From Candidatus Marinacidobacterales bacterium (GTDB taxonomy: Bacteria; Acidobacteriota; Vicinamibacteria; Marinacidobacterales; SMYC01), in contig OZ250169.1 in NCBI GenBank assembly GCA_965237955.1, positions 2,016,001-2,080,000 of the forward strand: 64,000 nucleotides of DNA, given 5' to 3'. The position numbers were made by a program, and so were the translations under genes. The notes beneath the pieces are model-generated. The model was given only the letters and a program-made list of their open reading frames with translations. It was not told the DNA's origin and searched no databases. The number at the start of each line of letters is the position of its first letter. Position 1 is the first letter of the stretch. This document shows, piece after piece, positions 25,086 through 35,138 of this stretch.

Positions 25086-25985
25086 GTAGGGTCGAGGGCT
25101 GGCGCGGTGCTCCGTAGGCGCGGCCTATCTGTTTCTCCCCGTTTCCTGTGGGAGTGCCTCACTAGCCGCACCGTAAGTCCGTTTCCAGCCCCCGCCACAT
25201 CGCACGCAGCGTGCGGCTTTCCCGCACTACGCGCTCCTGCACACTTCCCGCGAAGGGTTATGTGACCTATCGAGCCGGGGCGTCTTTCGGCGAATCTACG
25301 AGATATCGAACTCGGTAATCTGTGAACAGTCCGACAGTCGCCTACATCCATCGCCTACTCCATCGCTTCCAGCCGAAACCTTGGCGCAAGAAGCGCCAAG
25401 ACTTCTCGGCCTTCGCCTTGACGTATATCCTTCATCTCAGCTCCTGCAGAGTGATGGGTGATTTTGTCATCTCACCCCTGCCTCGCTTGTTGACGAAGGA
25501 GTTGTGTGCAGCAGGGCCCCTTTGCTCCACGGGCGTTGCCCCGTTTCAACGCTACTACGGACCCAGCCGCCACCGTCTCGTCTTCAACCGTTTTCCCGGG
25601 GCCTCCGGTTATGCGGTCTACCTTGCTCCGTCGATTTCTCGACGGGACGAGGACGGCTTCTCCAGTTGCTTGGCATGTCCTTATCACCGTGCTGTCCCTA
25701 CCACCCCGCCAGAGGGATGTGCCTCATCAGATAGTCTGGCGACACATCCTGTTGCCTTCGTCCGACAGGAGAAAACTCGGCCTCTGGGGCTATTTTTTTG
25801 TCGGGGCCACCTATGGGTTCACTTGTGTTACGGCCCGGTGACTCGCTCACCATCCTCAAGATGGCTTTGTCAGTCAGCTTCATCCGTCTCGTTTCCTCCA
25901 CGAACGTGACTCAAGCTACGGGGCGCTAACTTTTACCCCGGTGGGACTCTTTCCCACTGAACATGCCAGCCTTCGCTGGACGCAC
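25086..25985 (-). ncRNA. Group II intron (900 nt) with internally deleted IEP; IIE/IIF-like domains V and VI
   Basis: 5' GTGCG at 25985; DV GAGCGCGTAGTGCGGGAAAGCCGCACGCTGCGTGCGA; 3' end CCCTAC; putative EBS1 UCCUGU (25765-25770) complements the 5' exon ACAGGA. Confidence 0.93.
25267..25470 (-). pseudogene. Remnant of the intron-encoded RT/maturase: N-terminus fused to C-terminus, RT core deleted
   Basis: MTKSPITLQELR*RIYVKAKAEKSWRF joined to LRQGFGWKRWSRRWM*ATVGLFTDYRVRY. Confidence 0.8.
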
Positions 25986-27315
25986 TCCTGTCCAAAAACA
26001 CAAACGAACTCAAGACTGGCGCGCCGGGCCGTTTCGATCGTCATCACCCCGTGGCGAGCCCCAGATCAGGAGCGTGTCGGAGGCGATGTCGGCGATTCGG
26101 GTTCTCCGCACGCGCAGGGAAAACACCGTCCAGCAACGGGATGCCACGCTCCCGGGCGGAGACCTGGGTCCAGGCCCGGGCCGCACCTGGACCAGAACGT
26201 GCTAGCCCGATACGCCGCAGTAACCCGGGCCTCGATTCTGGGCCTCTCGGGTGGCCTCTTTTCCGCCGCCGCACGGCCCGGTCAGCGGCCCGCCACCCTA
26301 TTTGGCGCAAACGTGGCACTCGAAAATCGGGATTAGAGACGAATGTCGAAAATGAGGCCCGTTCAGCCCTTCTAGCGCGTCTCTGGTGACACCTATACCT
26401 GCGAAACCCCGCCAACCGCGCGGAAAATCTCATCCGTCTCTGCAGTGCCACAATTGGGCAGACTGGGTGGCGGATGGTGCAGGTTGGAGCTATCCGGTCT
26501 CGGCAAAATGTGGTCCAGCTTTTGCCGGAAATCCTCAAACAGAAAAGTAAGTGGAGATTCAGGAGGTTTCGAGCTTCGCGCATTTCTTGAGTTTTTTGAT
26601 GCGTACGCAGGTTTGGCGAGAAGGCTGTTTTACGCGCTCTCGGGTTTCAACCGTGATGCCCACGTCGTTCTATCCGCTTCCCCTACAGTGATTTAACGGC
26701 TTCCGTCACGTGCTGGTCCCCGCACGCATCATCGACGGGTGGTCGTTCGAGCCGGAATTTTAATCAGCTTTTCTATACGGCAATTTCAAACTCCTGGACG
26801 CCTGAAAGAGGGCCGTGTCGTAAACCCTCCGGAGGCGGCTCCGACCGTTACTCATTGTCGCAAAAGGCTTTACGTCTCATCAGCGAATGTTCGTCGACGG
26901 GAACATCTTTCCGACTATCGCAGTCGGGAGGCTCGAGTGGAGCTTCCGATTCTTGGCTGGAAACGATCAGAAACAGAGCAAAACAGGCCATTAACGTGCA
27001 ATTTGGGGCGATTTTGGGGCTTATCGTGTCGTTTTTCCACTTAATCGCGCAGACAATGAGAAGACGCTCTACGCCTAGATCGCGCCTGAGGAGAGGACGA
27101 ATAGCGGAATTCGAATTGGCCAAACCTCGAATTCATCCAGTGGAGTTTTACGGAGGAAACGAAGATGACTCCGCAGACGGTCCAGTACAAGGAGCTATCC
27201 GAGTCTGGAAACCATGACAGGGAATTTGGGCCAGTTTGAGGCTGATTGGTGGAGGCCAGTGTCGGAGAGCAGCTTGCTGCTAACCGAGGCCATTCACGAA
27301 GTGGGCGCTGGAGGC
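25986..27315 (+). repeat. Type-B1 end plus repeat D, copy 2 (longest; lies downstream of the serine recombinase fragment)
   Basis: Colinear with 57098-57140 plus 59329-60572. Confidence 0.88.
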
Positions 27316-27830
27316 TCACAGCGTTTTGACGAGCACTCGCTGTTTCTCCCAATCGTCGGGAAGCGGATGATGCAAGAGGTAGCTCGAGGTCAGCCCAACG
27401 GGCTGGCGGCCTTCGACAATGGCGCGGACGATGTCGGGAGCCAGGAAGGCATAACGGATTGCCTTGCGCACGCGGTCCGTTGGGATGGCGTTTTCGGTGG
27501 CAATCTGCTCATAGGTTTTGCCTGCTTTGATTCGGTTGAGCCAGGAGAGGGCGTTGGCGATATTGCGCAGGAGTGTGCGGTCGACGGATTTCGTGGGGTT
27601 GCCCAGAACGAGCTTGGTCTCGACGCCGCGTCGACGCAAGCGGAACGGTGCGAGGATGCGGAGTGCATCCTCGCGAATGCGGTCGGGCCCCATAGACAGG
27701 CAAGCAGCGAACGCATTGCGGTCGAGCAGGATGGACACAGAGCCGGGGCTGATATCGACCCGCCGGATAAGACGGAGCAGGGGGGCTGCCGAGGCACTAT
27801 CATCATTACTACCGGAACACAGCCCGTCTA
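27316..27830 (-). pseudogene. C-terminal fragment of a large serine recombinase
   Basis: PFRLRRRGVETKLVL..DRTLLRNIANA..W...RYAFLAPDIVRAIVEGRQP..LT...LPDDWEKQR. Confidence 0.8.
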
Positions 27831-27885
27831 AAAAGCGACGCACCGAGGCGAGCTCTCGGCTCCGTTCGCATTTTCGGACACGACG

Positions 27886-29440
27886 GCGTTCAGGTCGATG
27901 AGATCTGGAATTTCACCTACGCGAAAGCGAAGAACGTCGCGCGGGCGAAGGCCGCACCCGAGGGCGCGGGCGACACCTGGACGTGGACGGCACTCGACGC
28001 CGACTCCAAGCTGATCGTCTCCTGGCTGGTCGGCGGGCGCGACGCCGGATACGCGGCGGAGTTCATGCAGGACCTGGCCGGTCGTCTTGCCAACCGCGTG
28101 CAGCTCACGAGCGACGGCCACAGGGTGTACCTCTCGGCGGTAGAGGATGCGTTCGGATCTGATATCGACTACGTAATGTTGATCAAAAACTACGGAGACG
28201 CGCCGGAAGGTCAGAGGCGGTACAGCCCGGCCGTCTGCACCGGAGCGACGCGGATACGCGTCACTGGCGACCCCGACGATGACCACATCTCCACGAGCTA
28301 CGTCGAGCGCCAGAACCTGACGATGCGGATGTCGATGCGGCGTTACACGCGGCTGACGAACGCCTTCTCGAAGAAGCTGGCGAACCTGGAGCATCACGTC
28401 GCGCTCTACTTCGTGCACTACAACTTCTGCCGGGTCCACAAGACGTTGAGAACGTCGCCGGCGATGGCAGCCAAAATCACGGACACGCTTCACGACATGG
28501 AGTGGATCGTCGGCCTCATCGATGCGCGGGCACCGAAGCCAGGCCCACGCGGACCCTACCGAAAGCGCCAGCAGGCAGCATAACCCAGGGCTTGGGACTG
28601 TTGGTGCTTGATCTGCCAACCTCGTTCAGCTTAGAATCCCACTAGCTCGGTTTCCCCGAGTCCGTTGATTCTTTCGGCTTAGTCTCCATAGAATCAGCCG
28701 CCCCGCTAGCCGGCCGCTAGCGGGGCGGCGCACTTTCGCCGGCCTCGATGGAGCCGAAACATGGAGACTAAGGATGATAATTCCGTCTTTACCCCCGATC
28801 CCTGATCCGTTCGACGACCCACGACTCAAAAAAGAACTTCTCCAAATGGCGAAGGCGTTCGAAACCCACGAGAAGAAGTTCGCTGCGCTTAAGCCACAAG
28901 TGGAGCGTCAGTTCCGTCATATGTCGGCAGAGTTAGCGCGAAGCTGGCCTGCTCTGAGGCAGTCGCGTGTCAAACTTGAAGGAAAACCAAGCATGAAGAT
29001 TCCATCTATACCCGTCGCTCCATTTGAGCTGAAGCTCCCTAGAAGCGATCAGCTAGAAACCATCATCCGTAGACTTGACGAAATTGATTCTACTCTGGGA
29101 AAGGTCGTAATTTTGATGCAGGAAGGGTTGAATCGGAAGGTTCAGACCGAGACGAGCCCAACGTCGGAAGGACATACTCAACCACCCTCAAAGCCGAAAA
29201 CTGTTCGTTAAATGTCGTTCCACTGTTTTCCAAAAGCTCGATGATAGACTGGGCCAGGGCGAGCGAAATGGCGCGTTTTCCGACTAGATGAGAACCGGGA
29301 AGGTCCGACATGAAACCCCACTTGTGAAGGCCTGGAAGGAAATTATAGCATGAAGCCCAACTGGTAGCGTTCAGAGCGGCGAGGCTTACGCCTTCCAACT
29401 TGTGAGCTCCATTTTCTTAATTTCAAACTGAGACACTACC
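27886..29440 (+). mobile_element. IS1-family element, 5'-truncated at type-B tip 27885; transposase to 28583, passenger DNA, then right IR
   Basis: VQVDEIW, WTWTALDADSKL, LTSDG, ISTSYVERQNLTMRM..RRYTRLTNAFSKK; end ATTTCAAACTGAGACACTACC. Confidence 0.85.
28774..29211 (+). CDS. Hypothetical passenger protein inside the IS1-like element
   Basis: 145-aa ORF, lower GC, coiled-coil-like; no recognised motif. Confidence 0.45.
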   Translation: MIIPSLPPIPDPFDDPRLKKELLQMAKAFETHEKKFAALKPQVERQFRHMSAELARSWPALRQSRVKLEGKPSMKIPSIPVAPFELKLPRSDQLETIIRRLDEIDSTLGKVVILMQEGLNRKVQTETSPTSEGHTQPPSKPKTVR

Positions 29441-29699
29441 CCATCAAGTGTTGCTTCAGTTGGCCTGCCTGTGCCGGCGAACGCGTCGTGTCCAAAAATA
29501 CAAACGAACTCAAGATCGGCACGCCGGGACGTTTCGGAATAGATTGATGACAGCTAGTGGACCCACTGGTAGTTGATGCGGGCACGAATCAAAGCTGGGG
29601 ATTATTACAGCGAATTGGAATCCTCGTTCAAGGGGAAACCGTAGTATCCTGGGAGCGTCTTTCAATACAGAAGGGGGCAACGCCATTTGGAGGAGAACT

Positions 29700-29951
29700 A
29701 TGGCAAAAGCGCGAGTGTTGACGCGGTTGGAACTAGCCGAGCATTTGGGTGTCGATAAACAGATGGTAACGAAATGGGAGCGGTCTGGGATGCCGGTCCA
29801 CACCAGAGGGCGCGGCGTGGCGTCTCAATTCCGTCTGGGGGAGGTCCGGGCGTGGCTAAGGGTGCGGGAAGCGAAGGCCAAAGCGGCGGAGAAGGCGAAG
29901 GTGCGGGAAGCCAAAGCGTCAGAGAAGGCGAAGAAGACAGCGAAGGGTTAG
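29700..29951 (+). CDS. Small winged-HTH DNA-binding protein (phage Nu1 / excisionase-like)
   Basis: RBS GGAGGAG; TRLELAEHLGVDKQMVTKWERSGMP...FRLGEVRAW; K/A-rich tail. Confidence 0.65.
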   Translation: MAKARVLTRLELAEHLGVDKQMVTKWERSGMPVHTRGRGVASQFRLGEVRAWLRVREAKAKAAEKAKVREAKASEKAKKTAKG

Positions 29952-30089
29952 CCCCAAAGGTTTGCTCCCAGACCCGCCGTAAGCTGGCGAAGTCCAAACC
30001 GTCCAAAACGACGTTCCGGCCAATCCCTGTATCCTGCGGCATCACCGAACGTTCGCTCTTGTGCTCGATAAAGTCCAGTCTAATGAAGG

Positions 30090-30306
30090 ACTTCCGGGTG
30101 CGAAGTTCACTGCCCGCAGCTCGCCCCGCAGCCGATTTGAGCCAGCCGTGCGCACCCCCGGTGGGCCTGTCGCTCGCCACCCGCAGCCCAGGGGTCGGAA
30201 GCCAGCCCTGCGGCGCGAAATACCCTCGATTCTGCGCGGATTCCAAGAGCGTCTAAGCTGCTGATTTGTGGTCTATTTCAAAAGGGCCGAGTTTTGGCAC
30301 AGGACG
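30090..30306 (+). repeat. Type-A2 end with long subterminal region (tip 30306)
   Basis: CTTCCGGGTGCGAAGTTC...CGGATTCCAAG.GCGTCTAAGCTGCTGATTTGTGG...CACAGGACG; also at 22035-22145, 36793-36850, 46385-46508, 50317-50501. Confidence 0.88.
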
Positions 30307-32901
30307 GGGTGAGCGACCCGCCGGAGGAGAACACGTGCTCATGGCTGGCCTCGGTGCTCAGCCGCAGCCGCCGCATGTCGACCGTCACCGCCCCGAACGT
30401 CTCCCCATCGCCCGCGACGTCGAGCCGCGCCAGCGCCCCCTCTCCCTTCAGCTTCACACTCGTCGTCCCGCGCGCCAGGAGCCGACCGCTGACGCCTACC
30501 GCTCCAGAGTCCAGCATCGCCTCGCTCGTCCGGGGATCCCCGGCGAGGTCGTCCACGATCCGGATTTCTCCCCAGGAGTGACCGACCGTTCCCCACACGT
30601 CCAGGTCGGACGACACCGACCAGCCCAGGTAGGGATGGACGCCCGTCAGCTGCAGCTCGTACGCGCCGCCCCCGGCGTCTCTGCCGCCCGCGTAGTAGTC
30701 GAACGAACCCCTCGACCGGGATACGGACAGCCCCGCCAGCACGTCGGAACCAAGCCGCACATCGGCCCCGAGGTGCACGCTGAACACCTCGCCGTTCCAA
30801 GCGACCACGCCGTCCTCGCCGCCGCCCGCCAGGTTGCGGTAGTCGCCGCAGCCCCACGCCGCGAAACGTCCCGCCCCGCCCTCTTCCTCCTTCGACGGCA
30901 TCAGGAACGACGAATCGCCGAGCGCCTGCTCCAGGGTCAGCGGCTCGGTGCCCGCCGCGGCCCACCCGTCGGAGGTCGGCGCGAGAGATAGCGACAGACG
31001 GCCAACCGGCTCCTCCGCCCTGCCCTGGGCGGCGTCCGAGAACGCCTGATCGCTGCGACACCTGACAGCGCTGAAAGCCAGCGTCCGCCCTATCTCCGGA
31101 AGGACGGTCTGGTTAACCAGCCCGATGCGGCGCTCCACGTCGTCGGTGATCGTTCCCACCCCTGTGTCGTCCGCCAACGTCGTCCCCACCGGGTCGCTCA
31201 ATTCCACCGTAAACTGCTCGGCGCCCTCCATCAGCTGGTCAATCAGCGTCGCCACGGCAACCGCCCGGGTCGTTTCCCCCGGCTCGAAGCGCAGCGTTCC
31301 CGATGTCGTCGTGTAGTCCGAGCCCGCAACCGCCGTCCCGTCGACCGTCTGGTACGACACCGTCACTGCGACGCCGCTCACGGCGCTCAACCGCATCACG
31401 AACTCCGCCGTACCCCCTTCGCCAACTGGCGGCGCGTCGTCGATCGCAAGCGTGGGCGGTTCGTCTTCGTCGGTGATCGTCCCCGCGCCGGTGTCGTCCG
31501 CCACCGTCGCCCACGACGGGGCGCTCAGCTCCACGGTGAAAGCTTCGGTCTCCTCCGGCGTGTCGTCGGTCGGCCGGAGCGTCTTCGTCGTGTCGCCCGG
31601 CTCGAAGCGCAGCGTTCCCGATGTCGTCGTGTAGTCCGAGCCCGCAACCGCCGTCCCGTCGACCGTGCGGTAAGCCACCGTCACCGGCTCGCCGCTCTCT
31701 CTGCGCAACGTCACCCTGAACTTGGCCGTGCGCCCTTCGGGCACCGGCGCGGCGTCGCCGATGGACAGGGTCGGGAGGCTGCGGCTCCCGCCGTCGTCGT
31801 CGCTGATCGTCCCCGTCCCGGTTCCGTCGGCCACCGTCGCCCCCGACGGGGCGCTCAACTCCACGGTGAAGGCTTCGGTCTCCTCCGGCGTGTCGTCGTC
31901 CACGGTCGGTACCCGGAGCGTCTTCGTTGTCTCCCCCGGCTCGAAACGCAGCGTCCCCGCCATCGCCGTGTAGTCCGAGCCTGCAACCGCCGTTCCGTCC
32001 TTCGTCTTGTACGATACGGTCACCACGTTCTCGCTCGCCGCGCTCAACGTCACCCGGAACGTGGCCGTGTCTCCCTCTACCACTGCGGCGTCGCCGACGG
32101 ACAGGGTCGGGAGGCTACCGCCCCCGCCGTCGTCGTTATCCCTGATCGTTCCCTCCCCGGTGTGGTCGTCCAGCGTGGCCCCGTCCGGGTTGCGCAGGGT
32201 CACCATGAAGCGTTCGTCCGACTCCTGGGCGTCGTCATCCACCGTCGACACCGAGATCGTCTTCGTTGGTTGCCCCGCTGTGAAAGTCAGCGTCCCCGAT
32301 GTCTCTGTGTAGTCCGAGCCCGCCTTGGCCGTCCCGTCCGCCGTCTCGAAGTTCACCGTCACCGGCTCGGTGCTGGCCGGTGTCAACGTCACGACGAACT
32401 CGGCCGTACCCCCTTCGGCCACCGCCGCGTCCGCGATGGACAGGGTGGGCAGGCTGCTGCCCCGGTCATCGTCGTCGTCGATGACCCGCACCGTCACCGG
32501 GCTCTCACCCTTCACCGGGCAATCGGCATTCTCATCCCAAACGTCGTGGGTGAAGGTCACCGACCCATCCAATCCATCTTCGTCCTGAAGCGCCGTTACC
32601 CTGACCTCCCGCCAAGTGTCCCAGTTGTCCCGATTGAACTCCCAGCCGACCGACGGCACCCAACTGATTCCTCTATAGTGGCCGGCGTCGCGTATCGAGC
32701 CGTTGACGCGCAGCACGACCCACCATCCGTCGGCGAGGGGTGGCTCAGTCAGTCTCAGGCGGTAGGTGAGAGATTCGCCCTCGTCGATGCTCAGCGTGGT
32801 CGGCGACACCTCCACTCCCCAGGTGGTCTGGGCGTGTACCCGCGGCGCCGCGATGCCGGACAGCAGCGCCGACAGCGTGACGGCGAAGGCGACTAGACGC
32901 T
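30307..32901 (-). pseudogene. Calx-beta repeat adhesin / autotransporter; beta-barrel truncated at type-A tip, 5' end clipped by IS5
   Basis: Signal-like AVTLSALLSGIAAPRVHA; four repeats (V.EG..A.F.V.L...VTV.Y.T.DGTA.AGSDY...SGTL.F..G.T); C-terminal WGCGDY..HLGAD..HPYLGW barrel strands. Confidence 0.88.
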
Positions 32902-33051
32902 GCCTTGGTGCACAACTCCGATAGAGGCCGAGAGCTCGCTTGGCCCCGACTCCCATCATCCGATCATCTCGCTATCAGGCATCCCGAGCGCCGTCATGGT
33001 GTTGAGAATCTTGCACCCGATCCTTGCCTCGACTCTCTGTGCCGCCAACCC
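32902..33051 (-). mobile_element. IS5/IS903 transposase C-terminus and right IR
   Basis: LAAQRVEARIGCKILNTMTALGMPDSEMIG*; IR GCCTTGGTGCACAACTC identical to that at ~582-598; cut at B tip 33052. Confidence 0.8.
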
Positions 33052-33116
33052 CGTCGTGTCCAAAAACACAAACGAACTCAAGACCCGCCTGGGCTGCAAC
33101 AAGCAGGTGCAGATGG

Positions 33117-33674
33117 CTAAACAGCCTGGAGGGAATAAGTGGCCAGCCCGATGGCCGCCACATGGTCGTTGCCCCCAACGACCTCGAGCCGGCAGGTGGC
33201 GAGCGTGCGTCCCTTGCGGACGACCTCTCCGACGGCGAGCAGGTCTTCCTGGACTCCCGCCAGCAAGCTCATCTTGAACTCCACCGTCTTGACCGTGGAG
33301 CCCGGCGAGACCGAACCCACCGCGAAGTTACCCGCCGTGTCCGCCAGCAGACCGATGAGACCCCCGTGGATGACGCCATGCCTTTCTTCGAACTCGGCCC
33401 GAAACGGCAACCGCACGCGCGCCACGCCGTTCTCGCAATAGCTGAGTGTCATGCCCAGGTAGCGGCTGATCGGAGCCGCCTCGAAGAGTTGTTTGAGTTT
33501 TTCGAGATGCGCGGAACGTTCCGTCGTTTCACCCACCCGCTGGTGGCGGACACCTTCGGGCAGAGGAACCGGCACCGGCTTGGGTTCATTGCGGGGAGCC
33601 GAAGGAGGCCGTGCAGCGGCTTTCTTGCTAGCAGGCCTCGAAAGGATGTCTCTCTTCCTTGGTCCTTCTTTCAT
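33117..33674 (-). CDS. PaaI-family hotdog thioesterase, copy 1 (true start may be the GTG near 33537)
   Basis: APISRYLGM, GVIHGGLIGLLADTA, TVEFK, GEVVRKGRTL. Confidence 0.85.
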   Translation of the reverse strand: MKEGPRKRDILSRPASKKAAARPPSAPRNEPKPVPVPLPEGVRHQRVGETTERSAHLEKLKQLFEAAPISRYLGMTLSYCENGVARVRLPFRAEFEERHGVIHGGLIGLLADTAGNFAVGSVSPGSTVKTVEFKMSLLAGVQEDLLAVGEVVRKGRTLATCRLEVVGGNDHVAAIGLATYSLQAV

Positions 33675-33826
33675 ATCGAGACACGCTCCACGATGTTGCG
33701 AGTGACGTGCTGTCTACGCCGGTCATAGATCTGTGTGGCCCGAGGGGTTGGAGTGTCCGGCCAGATACTGCACGTCCTCCAGGGGCACGTCCTGGCTGAG
33801 TATATCCGTGATCTCCATCACGCGGA
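33671..33826 (-). pseudogene. C-terminal scrap of a tyrosine recombinase (second copy at ~36618-36773)
   Basis: RVMEITDILSQDVPLEDVQYLAGHSNP/..TQIYDRRRQHVTRNIVERVSI* (LAGH and catalytic Y); frameshifted. Confidence 0.7.
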
Positions 33827-34332
33827 TGAATAAATAGAAGGCACAACCTGGGAAAGTATAATTGAGGTGGCATGGAGAAGCTCACGCTGGCCCTGGCGTA
33901 CATGTTCGCCGTCGCCCTACCCGCAGCGGCGTCGGTTCAGCAACAGGAACGAGAGGACGATCCCGAGGCGCGCTCCCGTTCTGTGCCAAAACTCGGCCTT
34001 TTTGAAATAGACCATCAATCAGCAGCTTAGTGTTTGTGTTTGCGACCGGGCCAAGGGCCGTGGGCTTTACAATCGTATGGCTCGAGTCACCCGCTGATCA
34101 TGGAGCGTGTTTCTGTTCAGGTGTTGATCCCGGATCGCAAGCAGCGCGGCACCGAGAAAGACACCTACGACCATGACTCTGCCCAAAGGGGGGCGCGCCC
34201 AGAGGTAGGTCAAGAACAACCCTCCCAACAAACAGGCGAGCGAGAACGACTTCCGCTCGACCCGGTAGCCCATTGCTTTGGCAATGACGGCGTCGTCGCG
34301 TAAGGCGGCATCATCGCGACCAGCCGCGCTGC

Positions 34333-34821
34333 TGATTCTGGGCCTCTCGGGTGGCTTCTTTTCCGACGCCGCACGGCCGGTCAGCAGCCCACTCCCCCCT
34401 TTGGCGCAAACGTGGCACTCGAAAATCGGGATTAGAGACGAATCCCGAAAATGAGGCCCGTTCCGCCCTTCTAGCGCGTCTCTGGTGCCACCTACCCCTG
34501 CAAAACCCCGCCAACCGCGCGGAAAACCTCACCCGTCTCTGCAGGACCGCAATTGGCCGGACTGGGTGGCGGATGGTGCAGGTTGGAGCTATCCGGTCTC
34601 GGCAAAAGGCGGTCCAGCTTTTAGCGGAAATCCTCAAATAGAAAAGTAAGTGGAGATTCAGGAGGTTTCGAGTTTCGCGCATTTCTTGACTTTTTTGACG
34701 CGTACGAACAGGTTTTGCGAGAAGGCTGTTTTACGCCCTCTCGGGTTTCAACCATGATGCCAATTTCGTTACATCCTCTTCCCCTACAGTGATTTAACGG
34801 CCTCCGTCACGTGCTGGTCCC
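34333..34821 (+). repeat. Repeat D, copy 3
   Basis: Colinear with 26234-26720; cut by the type-A MITE. Confidence 0.88.
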
Positions 34822-35138
34822 CGTCCTGTGCCAAAACTCGGCCCTCTTGAAATAGCCGATAAATCAGCAGCTTAGCGTCTGTGTTTTGCGATGGTGCCAA
34901 GGGCCGTGGCCTTTACAATCGTCTGGCCCGAGGGTGTTATCTTCGGATCCATCATGACGTACCATGTGCAATTCCTACTGTTGGTCAGCCAGCCGTTGTT
35001 CGATCGGGCAGCCCTGCCGCTCACACAGACCTCATGGGTGCTTCCGCCATTAAGTGTTGGCAAAATGACACTAAGACTTTACAGTGCATTAAATTACAGC
35101 CATGGTCTTTCAAAAGGGCCGAGTTTTGGCACAGGACG
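34822..35138. mobile_element. Type-A MITE, copy 2
   Basis: Near-identical to 21719-22034; different flanks, no target duplication. Confidence 0.88.

Noticed and set aside
25772-25782. 11-nt identity (GGCCGAGTTTT) between the intron EBS1 stem and the type-A end
   Set aside because: It is same-strand identity rather than complementarity, and GCCGAG is a common Id3 stem sequence. Treated as probable coincidence.
26455-26505. tRNA-like segment in repeat D
   Set aside because: Only a hairpin and a 3'-like tail; no full cloverleaf or GTTCRA T-loop, so it is not called a tRNA.
31130-32460. ~350-bp degenerate tandem repeats as a DGR TR/VR pair
   Set aside because: They are in-frame Calx-beta domain repeats, differences are not adenine-specific, and there is no intact RT.
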